Assembly (NCBI GenBank): GCA_030141605.1
Contig: JAQGDQ010000042.1
Span: 744,001-808,000 of the forward strand
Direction of reading: 5' to 3'
Length of the DNA: 64,000 bases
DNA from: Tubiluchus corallicola
Taxonomy: Eukaryota; Animalia; Priapulida
The notes below the pieces were generated by a model, which searched no databases, was not told where the DNA came from, and saw only the letters and a program-made list of their open reading frames with translations. Below, one piece after another: positions 1 through 13,476 of this stretch. The translations under genes were made by a program, and so were the position numbers. Each line of letters starts with the position of its first letter. Positions within the stretch are counted from its first letter, which is position 1.

Positions 1-169
1 TTTATTTTCTCTAATTTTTTTCTAGCTTAAATTTGATTTCGTGTCAAAAGTTATTGCAATTTGTTACCTTTGTGAATTGTTGGCTAGTAGCTTTCTTCTA
101 GTATAGAACCTAAAACATTTTTCAACATATTTAAACAAATAATCGATATAGTATTTGATACCTTTCCAG

Positions 170-3100
170 ATGCATTTGAGTCGGCAAGGTGGACAGATGA
201 AGAAATAGAATTAGCAAAGAAAGGTATGATATTATTACTAGTGTAGTGATGACAATAGCAATTCATATTAACATAAGTACTATCTTTCTTAGATTGCATA
301 ACGGCTAAGACAACATGTACTTGGTCTTATAAAAAGTTATATGTCAGCATTAATGGTGACTTACCAGCTATGTATATCATTGCACACATAATGCTGATGC
401 TGGAATGGAACTGGTCTGTATATGCATAATGAAAAAGTTTTACTGTTCCATTTCTGTTTCTTGTTACAACTATGATATACATTTACCTAGAGCTTTTATT
501 ATGCCCACACAAACAAGTGAATGATTTTACTGTAAAAATCATTGCCATAAATTCTCTTTATTTTAAAAGAAATTGCTATAGTCTCTGCTTTGTCTCAGTG
601 ATGTAAATATTGTTATGCATCTATATATAATTATGTTATATGAAACACATCTATTTCTGTTTCAAACATGTATTTTGAAACATTATTTTGTATTTTTTTG
701 TCATTTATTTTGAAAACTAAAATAAATTAAAAGTCTGATATGTGTATTTGTGCAACACAAGAAACAGAAATAGATGTGTTTCACAGAGGTCTACTCAGAA
801 TAGTCTTAAAAATAAAATGGCCATGTATCATTTTAAATGAGCAGCTGTATAACAGAACGAAAAAGGAAATGGAGCACTAAAATTAGAATTAGAAGAATGT
901 GTACATTTTATTGATGTATGCAAATTTTACATACTTTTATTTTCTTTATATTTTAGGCTTGGCAGATTTTGGTCGTAACTGGACAGCACTTGCAGATGTT
1001 GTGAAAACCAAGACGGGCAGACAGTGCAAGTATTTCTATACAAACTATAAGAAGAAATTTGGCCTGGACTCAATTGTTTTAGAGCGTAAAAAACGGAAGG
1101 TACTGTAGTGCTTTGTGTAATTATTATGCTATTCTGGATTATTTTGTAGTGGCAAAATTCCTGCAGTTGTACTAATTTAATGCAGTGTAGGCTCACTGTT
1201 TTCTATTTATTGATCTAATGCCATAATGTTTTGTGTGGTAGTTATGTTGATTATTCTTAATTTATAGTAAATAAGGTTGATTAGTAATTTGAAGTGAAAT
1301 GTTTATTGGCTGCGCCATATATGGCTTTTTTACCATTACAGTCTTTTTTTAAGGCTCAGGAATTGCACAACAGGACACAATCTGGAGCGGAGAATGTTAC
1401 CGCTGCTTCTGATGATGATGACGACAATGATGATGTCGAGGATATTGATAGCAGTGAAGAGGATAATGGTGCTGATGATGACAACACCACAGATACCGCT
1501 AGTGTTCCCAGTCCTTCTTATCAGAAGTCAAAGGGTAATAGGTCTAAGAATAGCCCTTTATACTTATCCAATTTCCAATATACTTCTGGAATACATATGG
1601 TAAATTTCTTGGGATTTGTGTAAAGTTCATAATGAGTACTGTATTTTGCAGTAGTGTAGGATGGTGCTTCCAAAACATTTTTTCGAACTGGATATTAATA
1701 AAGGTGGCCGATAATTGATTAAAAATTTTTACAGCGACTTTTCACTGCAACCATAACCCTTGATAGACCACCGTTTAAGAGAGGATGAACGATGAGGAAA
1801 AATACCACTCGTAAAATTTCCAATTGATTCTTGGTCAGTAATTGATCAGCTGGAAAAATGGCCACAAAAAATATATCGGACTATTTGTTGTGACGTTAGT
1901 CAGTTCACACTGGATGAATTTGGGCATAGTGAGCATTTCTCGAATCCCTAGAAATGGTCCATAGTGGCAAACACTGCTATTAATTGTATATTAATCTAAT
2001 GTATTAGACTTGTATGTAAAAATTTTAAATGACGCTTGTTATTTCACTTTCAGAAGATGAATGTGAGGTTTCTGCAGGAAAGCCTAAAAATAATGTTGCA
2101 CCCCAGCAGTCGGCTTCAATAAGCAGTGATGCATCAAATGCAGCTGAATACAAAATAGATACGCTGCCAGAGAAAGAAGTTGTTCTTGAAACTAATCTGT
2201 CTGAAAACAAAACAGCTAGTGTTGTCAAGAGCGATTGTGACAGCAGTGCGACTCAGAGTGCTGATGAAACCCAACCTCTAATTGAGCAAGCTGACACGTC
2301 ACAAACAATGGAACATTCGAGCAGTCCAGGGTGGCATAAGCCATCTCCCTATCTAAATGTGTCAAGTGCAAGTGCTCTTCCACCACAGGGAGGCTATCCA
2401 AATGCGATACGTCCGGAAGATTTACCAACTGCACGTGGTTCTCCTGGGGTACGAGTCTCAATTGCAAGTGGACCTGCATCTGCTGTGGCTAGTCTCATTC
2501 AGCCACCCATTCCTCCAAAAGATGAGGGCAAAAAAGACAAAGATCGAGAACAGACTTGTATTGCTGATATCATTGGAATAATGATAGAAGGTAACTTGCG
2601 AGATGATCCTGTGACTCGACCTGCTACAAATAATATTTTATTTCGAGAACTTGGAATAAGGAATCAACAGGAAGAGAAAAAGGAGAAAAGACCACAGGAA
2701 TCAGAGAAAATTCCTGAACGTATGCACGGCTCAGGAATGATGGCAGAGGGTTACCACAAATCAGGTCAAAGCATTGTTGGATTGTCTCCGGCAGATGTGC
2801 AAGACATGTCTAAACATGTTTCAAGGCCAAGGGAACACGAATCACGACAAAATGAAGGTGAGAGGCGAGACATGTTTGGTAGAGTCATGTCTGATGAGTC
2901 AATCAAGCATTACATGAGACAGCATTTGATGCCACCGCCTGCACATACCCAACCTTTTCTTGCTCGTCCTAATGATGCTCGTGTTGGAGCTCCTGAGGGG
3001 ATATCTGCTGCACTCATGGAAGCTCATGCTCGAGAAAGAGAAGCACACTCAAAGTCACCCTCTTCTACACCCCCATCACTTATCCGAGAAAAATCACCAG

Positions 3101-6100
3101 CTGGTATGGCTCAACCGCCCATGCGCCCTCCAGTGTCAAAAGGTGGAAAGCCAAATCTGCCTCCTGCACCACCACTGATTGCTTCTAACAAACAAGGACA
3201 ACCTTCACCAAAAGTTCCTGTTAAATCTGATCCTGCACTAATTCATCGTGGTTCCATTACTCATGGAACTCCTGCTTATGGCCCTACGACAGCTTCTGAT
3301 ACAGGACAAACGTTTTACAAGGCTCATCATGAGGGTTTGTTAAGAGCCGCTCATCCGGCACGACCAGATGCCGGGTCTATAACTAGAGGAACACCTATTT
3401 CTCAAACACGTCCTCAAAGTCAGCAAGAGGGTGGTTACGATGGCCAACCGGGGATGCCACCTGGAATGTATCAGATTTTGCGACCTGGAATGTCAGTGTT
3501 CGCTGACCCGGCTCTCATGGAGCAAATCTATCGTCAGCAAGCAGCGTACTCTTATCCACCAGGTCTTGCACCACCATATATACATCCTTTTGCAGCTGCT
3601 CAAGCTCAAGCCCAGGCTGCTGCAGCAACCGCTGCTGGAAAAGATTCTCCTTTTGAAAGTTCGCGCACAACACTGATTAGTGACTACATGACATCGCAAC
3701 AAATGCAGGGTCGTAGAGGAGGGGCATCCACTCCACAAGATGGTAAGGACAGTCGTACTGCATCGCCACGCAGTCAGCAATCTGTCAATATGTCCCAAGG
3801 AGTGCTACCAAACATGTACTACAATATTATGACACCACAAGGTCCAATAATGGTACCTCCTCAGCAGGTACCACCTCACCCTGAACCGGGACAAGTTGTA
3901 CGTACATCTCCTTTACCTCGAGGGGACGGACGGGAACGAGAAAATCCATCTCCACGAGATATTCCATGGAGTTCTTCAAGACAGTCGCAACCTCCATGTG
4001 CACAGCAAACTGATCGAAAAGATTATTCAAGCTCGTCTCCACAGAGGCAGAGTATCATTGCACGGCGTAGTATCGTTGATGGTACAGTTATTCGACAACC
4101 TAATATGGTGTCTCCACGTGGCCACGAAGCTGTGAAGTCTTCAGATCGCTTTAGTCCTGCTGGTAGTAGAAAGAGTGTTTCACCTCGTAACTATACACAA
4201 GAGCTGTATGGAATGCCAGGAGAAGCTAGTTCTTCTCAGGAAAGAGAACGACTTCTTAAGCAACAAGAAGCACAAGCACACGAAGCTGCTAGAGCTGGTC
4301 TGTACTCACAGCGACACATGTTAGATCCGGAGCAACGTGCTAAGGAAGCAGAGTATCAGCGTCATTTGCACATGTCGGAAATTACACGCATTCAAGCTGA
4401 GCAGAGGGCTAGGCTGGATTCAGATAGATGGAAGCGGGAAGAGGAAGATAGGCGTGCACAGTGGGATGCACGTGAAAGGGAACGAGAAAAAGAACGGCAA
4501 GAAAGAGATAGACTCGAAAGGAATAAAGAGAGAGCGAAATCAGATCAAAGGGAGCGGGAAGAAATGTTTCGACGTCGAGAGTATGTTCATCAACAGCAAC
4601 AGATGGAGAGATTCCAGATGGAGAAAGATAAAGCACGACAGGAAGCCGCTTGGAGGATGGCCAGTCAGAGTAATATTCATCCTCCTCATGGGGCACCTAC
4701 TCCATCAAGTAGGAGCTCTGTTGATAGAGAACCAGGAGAAATTGACAGACCACGGCGTAGTGGTGACGATAATGAGAAGGGAGCTGGTGACGCTGCTGGC
4801 AAAAACTGCACGGCAGCTGATCTCATCAATGCTATCATAAATCAACAGATAAACATTAAAACTGATGATTCAGACCAGCGGGCAAAGCTTGCCCAGTTTC
4901 AACAGTTTCAGTCGGCTCCTTCCCATTCATCGAAAAGAAAAAGCCCGGAGTCAGTATATCCTGATCAGCGTGAGTCTCCCTATAAACCTCATAAGTTTCA
5001 AAAGCTTGATCCACTGAGGGCAAAGTTAGAAGCAGAATTGGCTAGTAGTAGTCATTCGAATGTTGGTGCAGAGTACCCGGTGAGAGCGGAGCAACCTGAA
5101 CCATCAACTGCTAATTCAACTGAAAACAGTAGAGACAGTACTTCCTCACAGAAGCAACCCCCAATATCATCCAATAAAGCTATTACACTTGGTGAGCACA
5201 TTGAGGCAATAATAACTCAAGATTACCGCCGTACTCCAAGTAATAGTGAGACAACACCACCTGGATCAGAAGCGTCTCGACGTCAAGAGAACGTGGCTCT
5301 CCAGCAAAGTCTAATTACTTCAAAGATAGCCTCCTTGCTGACGTCAGACACTTCACGAAAGAAAGAGATGGAAAAGAGAGGCGAAGAGGGTAACAGAGGT
5401 TCATCTCAGCCTGCTGCTCATAGCACCACTTCGCCTATTTACCAAAGCTGGAAGCTGAGGATGGCATTGGAAAACGAAGAACAAAAAAGAGAAATACACC
5501 AGGTATGTCTAGAAAATGTTCAGAGCATGTTGTGTCATAACAGCTATTTTTAAATGTGGAGCTTATCACGGTAGTGAGAGAACTGTTGCAGCAAGAAATA
5601 AAACGTATATAAGAACAATTATAACTTTGTTCTGATGAAAGTGCTTGTTAAAATGAATACAGTGTACGTGAATGTTATTTGGTTGAGGAAGTTGAAGGGA
5701 GCTAAATGTGTTGAGGAACGTTTACTTTTAAGCTGAAATTTTCTTGAAATATGAAAAGTAAGCATACATACTATTATTGTCACTGTTTTGTGCTGTACAA
5801 TAATATGGTGTGATTTTAGGTCCTGTATAATGACTAGCCAAAAGTTTGGATTTCTTAGGCAGAAAGTTTGGCAGAGCTTTAAAATTAATGATATCTTTAT
5901 TAATTTTACTTGTGACAAATTACAGTTCATTTATACGGAATAACGCAGTTAGATTGATGATGTTTCAAGAACTTACTAAGTAACTAAGTTTTAAAGTAAG
6001 TTCTTGAAATGCCATCATTTACTAATAAAGTTTACTAAATGTAATTGTGGAATTTTGTGTAAAAAATGCTTCATTCTTGTTTATAAAGAGTTTCTTAGCA

Positions 6101-9100
6101 CGTGACTCTAAATAATGCAATTACAAGTTCATTGTTGCCCTTGATTAAGTTGCAGTTGCAGGCAATTGAAAGATTTCAGTTTTTGTGCAATATTCGTTAA
6201 TTTTGATACAAAGAATATTTGCAGGCAAAAACAGACTAGGAATCTATTTAAGATGTGTTATTAAGCTTTCTAGTGATCATACTTTTTTGCCTAAATCTTT
6301 TTTGGACTTTGTGCGTTTTGGGCAAATTTATCAAATGTTTTAAGCTGTTTTGTACAGTAAATGAAGTTTTTTCGTGAGGTAGTTTTTTCAAGCTTTTTGT
6401 CAGATTTTTGTTAAATAGGATAATTTTTTGAATATGTAAACAAGAACAGCCGACATCTTCAAATACCTAAAGAAATATCCAACTAGACTATGTTATTTAT
6501 GCAAATGTTGAACAAGAACTTTTCGTACGCTAATGATATTTGTAAAACAATGTGATTTTTTTCGTCGGTATTTAGGGGCGAGTGTTAAAAAAGTGTTGCA
6601 AGTGTGTAATTGCATTATTTGCGCTCCTACGAATTTATTTGTTCTAACAGAAGTTAAATAAGTTATTTTTTCATGTGTATTGTGTCTTCTGTATAGCAAG
6701 GAGAGGACAGAATGTCACATGCAGTTCCTAGTACAGCTCCAAGAGTTGGTGGTGGCAGCGGTGATGCCGGGAGAGATGACCGACCCTCTAGTCGTGACAG
6801 CAGAGGAGTACCTCATCGCAGTATGCAGGTATTGTATTTGGTCTTCAGTTTTTTGAACTGTCTTTTTAAATTTTACTCTACATTCAGTAGACATTTTGTT
6901 TTACGTGCTTGATGAAATGATCTGCGAATGCTATGTGTTTTTTTGCAGACTGGAAGTTATCCAGTGGAACCGGTATCACCACCAGATGGCTTATCTAGTA
7001 GTGCAACTGACGTACATGCTGTACAATCAAGTTCTGCCCCCAACGCACCAGTGTCATGGATGTCTAGTACTAGTGCTAATATAATGTCGTCTTCGTATCA
7101 CCAACGGTTCGTACAGGGACCACAAGCTGACAGTACAGAGAGCAGAGGTTGCTTTTTTATTATTGATTTTATTATTCTTTTTTGTAGCATGGTTATATCA
7201 AATTAGTTTAACGTTTCATTGATTTTTCAAATTTTTGGGATTTTGCATTTATTCTATCTGGTTGCTATCATTTCTAGTGTAATTTTTTTAAAAGGGAAAT
7301 TTTGTATTTTGTGCTGATTATAAAATGGAGGCAATTTCTATGTTTTTGTGATACCACATTTCTTGTAGCTCATAGTAAAGTAAATTGTACATAGTTAACA
7401 TAGCCACACAGGTTACAAACGGCAGTTTGGATTTAGATTAAATGAGATAAAATTGTGAATAGAACATGAAAAGCTATAAGCTAGTTTCACAAAGGCCAGG
7501 CATTGCATCTTTTGCAATCCTTGTCAGTAATTTTCATACTGTGTCATTTAAAACTGCAATTTGTTGGAAAAGTAAATCATATAATTTACAGGACTAAGTC
7601 GTCCATTGCTGCCCACTGGGATGATGCCCGGGAATACAGCAGCAAAGCGTTTTACGGCGCAGGAGTTCATGACTAATCGCATTACTGCTGAGTTAGTAAG
7701 AAGTAGTATGTCTAATGTAGAGCGACAAGAAGTAGAAAGAAGCAAATTATTACGAAGAACAGGCAGTCCAGCTGCTTCAACACCTGAAGGTACATTTATT
7801 AGAAATAGTTTGCAGTTGAATTTTTTAGTTTAAACATTTACACATGCTTTTGACTTATCAATCTGTTTGAGTGCTTACTTTGAGTGCTTTGTCTTAATAA
7901 GACAAAGAAAAGACTAAATGTTATCAAGTTAATTGTTTAATGGATTAACAACACCTTCACATTTGATTACTATATGAATTTTTGTTTGCACAGATGTACG
8001 ATACTGTATGCCAAGAACAGGTCATGAGCAACAGCCTGACCAATCACAGGCAGCTAGAGAAAGCGATCATATAGGATCGAGCAGCACAGATCATTATGAA
8101 ATGAAGCAAGCATCTCCCCGCCAGGCCTCCCCAAGACAGGCCTCTCCACGGCAGACTACTTCTCCAAGTATGAACTTGACTTTAAGTGTACTATATGAGT
8201 TCAGCTCATTATATGAATGTAATATAGTTAATTCTTTGTGTGAACATGTAGTAGCTTATTGGTTTGTCATGTGAATAATAATTTTTGACGATTGTTGTAT
8301 AGGTTCTGCTCAGCAACATAGGCAACCTATGTCACGTAAGGCTGCGTTATTGAAAGGAGTGAGTCCTGCAGGACGATCTGGCAGTGTGTCTCCAAGCAGC
8401 AGTGAAACTCCTGCTATGTCTCGTCATACTGAGCATACTACAGATTTTTCACGGTATATTTATTTTTCTGTTGAGCTGTCTGATAATTGATTCCTCACTC
8501 TTTGTTTTTAAGATAAATAATATATTATGTGTGATGAATAACTTGCGATCCTATAGTGGTCGTTTATTAGTGCAATAGCTGTGTGTGTCAATGCCCTTGT
8601 CAAGATACAGAGACCAACTCCCACTTATGTTCACATATATTCAAAACTTAGTGATATGCCAATCAGCTTTTTCTAAACTTGACTGCACACTTGGAGACAC
8701 TTGTGTGATTAACTTGTGTATTGATTGTTCCAGGATGTTTCCCATCTCACAGCCGAGTCCAGTTATCCACGATGCAGAAAGCTCCAGTCCTCGTACCACT
8801 GCTCACTTAGATCCTGAAAGTTCCAGTGCCCACCCGGCTACCCATCGACCCTCTTCCACACCCAGTCCTAGGTCTGTACAGCGTCCTACATCAACTCCTA
8901 GTCCCAGGACCCTTCAACATCCAACGTCATCACCGAGTCCCAGTGGAAGCCAGCATCCAACATCATCTGCATGGAATGGGAAATCAGACTCTGAAATAGT
9001 GGCTAGTTCTGAAGATTCATCTGCTCGACTAATACAACAAGTAACTGATAGTACACCTGTGCAGGTACATCTTTGATACTCTCTAAGTGAATAATTTTCC

Positions 9101-11479
9101 AACCTTTGTGTAGTAAAATATCTTTTATACTTAGGAATATACTCTTTGATGCAACATTGCTTTGTAGCAGATCTCATTGTACTTATTCACATTTCCAGCA
9201 TCCACCGGAAATGGATACTCAGTAATTTGAATAATTTCCTCACTTGTGTAATAAAACATTTCTCATACATAGGAATAAACACTTTGATGCAACATTGCAT
9301 TGTAACAGATCTCATTGTACTCACTCACATTTCCAGCATCGATCTGTGTTTCAAAAACATCATGCAGTTATAGTGGAAAGTGATTTAATAAGCTCGAGTC
9401 AAATTTTTGATGGCTGGCATCAATTTTGCAGGTTGGCTCTAGTCATAATGAAGAGAGCAATAGCTTGTATGGACAGGTACAAGAAGTGACAGATAGTAGT
9501 GCAGCAGAGACCGGACCGCAGCCAAGTAGTAATGTTTCTGCAGGTAAAAAGCTTTGTTAATGTGAATAAATTTGAGCACAACGTTTCATGTATATGTATT
9601 TGTATAGTGTGATGCAATTTTAGGGTCTTACTTTGCACGTTTTCATTTATTCACTTGTTTAGCTTTGGCATAATTCATTTATAGTAGACAATAAAATCAT
9701 GACACATACAGATAGTAACTATTGTAACAATTTGTTTTCTGATGTATGTTTAGCTATTCTATTTGATTTTTGTAATGCCTGTCAACTGGGAGAAATGTTT
9801 CTTGGATGAATTCCAATGACTTGGCACACTGAATAGGCGTGAAAGTAGAATATCGGGGTTAATTTCTTGTGCTTTTATAAAATAATTGGGGGAAAACACA
9901 TCAAAGTGTTTTAAATTGCTCATCGTTTTAGCAACTCCAATTGCACAAGTAATTGGTTGGAAGATTCTGATCATTGTCAACCGTCAACGTAACAAGTAAG
10001 CTTGCTAGTGCTGTTATTGCCCTATTGTACTTTGCCAATGTGTATAAGAAAAGTAACAGATAATTTAGTCCTGCAAAATTTAAATTTTATAGAGCACTTT
10101 ATTTGTGTCAGCAAGTTTTTTTATCATTCCCTCACACAGTTTAAAAATTGTAGTAGCAAAGTAGCAGATGACATTGCATAAAAACAAGCTTCTTTTTCCT
10201 CTTTTTCCTTCTCCTCGGTGAACAAATGCTGATTTTGAGAAAAATAGGTGATTTCATTGTGAAAAATTCAGGATAAGATCGTTAATTTATCAGCGTTCAG
10301 TTATTAAAGATCCATGCACACATGCTGCTTCGTGAAAACTAAATAGCATAATTTGCAATTGTACAAAAACCCGCTACTAACAAACATTGTTTAAGGTTAT
10401 TGGCTCAGATTGCGTAACTTACAGACTTTTATGATGGTAAATATATGAGGATTTATAGTTGCTGAAATTCAACCTTGTTTTTTTAATGTTATCTTCTTAA
10501 AGTTTAGTTAAACTACATAACAAAATGGCTGTTAAATAAAACAGCAGTTTTTGTTTGTTGTTTTTAACCTGATTTTGTACTGTTTTTGAGATTTGCTTAA
10601 AAACTTACAGAAAAGACTTCTTAATATTGAGCTGTATTAATGTTTAATAAAAGTTTTTTTGTTTTCAGAGGATGGCGCTGCAGAGAGCTCATCCACTGAC
10701 AAACTTCCTAGCCAGACGAGTGGGGCAGATGGGGACGTTTCCCAAACTGGGGGTGCGGATAGTCCCGGATCTGGTGAGATGGTCATAGATGAAGGCGCAA
10801 ATGATAATATAGGTAGCAGCAGCTGCAGTAAGGTAGATCATGGATCTGATGATGATTCTAACTGTGCCAGCATCTCTGGTATCTCAACGTCCCACCATAA
10901 CGACGCATCTCCAATGCAAGCAGGTTTGTGAACCTATCATGTTTGCCCCTTAACTCAATTAAAATAACTAGACCTGCAAATCATTCTAGCTATCAAATTT
11001 AAATAAAATCTTCTCTTATCTTATCTAAATGTAACATTCAATTCTACTGATCCTGAGCCCTTATTTTACTACTATGTGATGAACTTTTCATATTATAATT
11101 TCTCCTATCATCCAGTTTGAAATACAACAGTTAAATATTTCTAGGTATGAATGCAGCTGGTAGATGGAATGCCGTGGAACAGCAGCAACAGCAGCTGAGT
11201 ACCTCTGCACAGTCTCACAGTACATCAACGAAGCAAATGACATCAGCAGCGAGTGTGACTAGCAGTACTGTTGTCTCAGCTCCGCATTCGGCTTCATCTT
11301 CGATCGTCTACAGTGTGTATGCAAATGCACAGCCTCCTAGTGGCACGGGTGCTAGTAGTTCCAGTGATGCAATGCAAGCACCAACACGCACCAACTGGGA
11401 TAACTCGCCCAGCACCACACCAGTACCAGAAGCACCCGTTATGTCGACACAATACGAACCATTGTCCGATGATGATTAA
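170..11479 (+). CDS. NCOR: Nuclear receptor corepressor (NCoR1/NCoR2-SMRT/SMRTER family), 5'-partial; 13 coding exons in window
   Basis: Exons (GT-AG, phases consistent): 170-223, 957-1099, 1354(or 1342/1360)-1534, 2054-5502, 6697-6828, 6949-7147, 7592-7789, 7994-8167, 8303-8453, 8734-9064, 9432-9543, 10669-10923, 11145-11479 (TAA). SANT2 domain [48 protein letters not shown]. Family motifs: GSITHGTP/GSITRGTP repeats, ISDYMTSQQMQ, CoRNR-like TAADLINAIINQQI and ITLGEHIEAIITQDY, EPVSPP, C-terminal QYEPLSDDD. Confidence 0.93.
9075..9340. repeat. Diverged intronic tandem duplication, period ~139 bp
   Basis: ctttgatgcaacattgc(t/a)ttgta(g/a)cagatctcattgtact..tcacatttccagcatc occurs twice (~9075-9202 and ~9214-9340). 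Confidence 0.85.
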
Positions 11480-12751
11480 TGCAACTGTTTGTAAAATATT
11501 AAATCTGTCTGATATATTATTATTGTAACTGAGGTGAGAATAATTATTATCATACCATGTTCAATATATAGCTTAAATTTGGTTTTCACTCTGAGGCTTT
11601 TTTGGGGAAATACTTTTACTACTTTTTATTTTAATTTTTATTCCGATGATTTGCTATTAATTGTTACATTCTATTCTTGAATAGTTTGATGGGATTATAT
11701 GTACCCAGATATACCTTAGGCAGGCATTTGACTGTGTCATAATATGTGAAATTCTGTAGATAGCTATTGCTGCAACCATTTTTTGTTAGGTAGATTCTAA
11801 CGATATGAATTAGTGCTGTAATGACTCGAGTTTGGTGACAAACATTCGACTTTTTTACTGGTGGTTCAAGAGACTATAGTGTTGTAGAAATATCATGCAA
11901 GTAATAGTGTCCCTTTAGTATAATAAATAACTTAATATTAATTTTGGTAGTCTTGCCCAAAATATTCCAGAATTGGGTTCAAGTGAAATATCATGTTACC
12001 ATGGTTTATTGCTCCATGTTTGAGTTTTCTGAATTAGAGTTCGGCTCGGTAATCATTAAACACTTCATTACAAGGTCTTCAGGTAGGCTTGTGTCAGGCA
12101 CGGGGCTACTACTTCTCAGCACTATTAACGGTTATTAAATTTGTTTCAAGAGAACCCAGTTGTGCTCTGGCCATTTTCTCGAATTATAGAAAATTAAATA
12201 AATTGCAATTTTGAGTTGAAATAAAAGTCGAACTCCTGCCTTATTACTTTTTTTTATTATTCTAAACCATAGGTGGCGCTGTTGCCTACATTTATTCCAA
12301 GCGTGCAGATTATTTTCTTGCAAATGTTACTCCCGTTGTCATTTTACTGGAGCCTGAGATCTTGCAAGTTTTACTCTATGAATCCTTGTAAAATTCAAAT
12401 AGTCATTTACTCGAGGTATCAAGTACTGGCAACAAGCAGTACATATAACAATTATGCAAGTTTTCTAAATAAACCACTGTGGTTGTACAATGATTTAATT
12501 GTGACACTTTGGGTTTTGAACTTTATTGTGCGATCTTTCCATCTTTTAGTATGAGTCATTAAATGTTGAATATTGAACTTTGCTATGAAAATTGCTTACT
12601 GCTCTTAATCATAAAGCCAGTGATTGTCTAAGTTCTGCTTTAATCATGTTGCTCACATAGTGGACAGAAGATGTTTAAGTATTCATTCTAGATTTTTTCT
12701 CTGAATCTGAACAGAACAATTGTATTAGTTTCATTCAGTTTGAAAATCTAA

Positions 12752-12757
12752 AATAAA
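12752..12757 (+). terminator. Candidate polyadenylation signal of the NCoR gene
   Basis: AATAAA followed by T/GT-rich sequence, about 1.3 kb after the stop and before the convergent ALKBH4 3' end. Other AATAAA hexamers also occur in the UTR. Confidence 0.35.
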
Positions 12758-13476
12758 CTGTATGTAAATGAATTCTGAAGTGCTACTTGTTTGTTTTCAA
12801 ACATACAATCATTAGAATGGGAACATGGGCCCCCTGATCACATCAGCATAGATGTATGTTTTCAGAATAACAATATTACATTTTTCCTAATACCATTATA
12901 AATTTTTAAAATTTATTACAATGATCATAACAAATTAACATGCACACAAATTGTACACACATTAAAAATATTATTAGTGTAGTGGGTAAAACTGTAAATG
13001 GCCAACAAGGCTAATTATTCACATTACATTAGTCTGTAGGCCTAGTGATTGATATAAAAAATATAATTCGGTTTCTAATATTTATGTTCCATTAAGCCGT
13101 TTGTATAGTATGGAAAGAATAATTACTGACAAGCTTGAGGATTATGATGAAACAAACATAATAAACGAAGTGAAAAGATTAGACAGTTTGAAAATTTCAA
13201 CAAAATGAGAGCACTTGATGTTAATACTAAATATTTATTGTTACAGTTTACTAATTCTCTCACAGTGTTACTAATTAAGATTTTATGAGTGAGGGGTGGA
13301 TGCTCGGTGACTGTTTGGTCTCTCCACCTGATCTCTCTTGCTAATTATGTAATCCCATATTAGTTTTTGTTATAGTTTTTTATGTAGGAGGCAAAATAAA
13401 TTAAGTTCAATTCAATACAGTAACAAGTAATGGCTGAAAGTTCTGCAATGTTAATTGCAATGTAGCAGAATACATT

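Noticed and set aside
2029-5553. 1174-aa ORF as a stand-alone gene
   Set aside because: It is an internal NCoR exon (2054-5502); its ATG and stop lie in the flanking introns.
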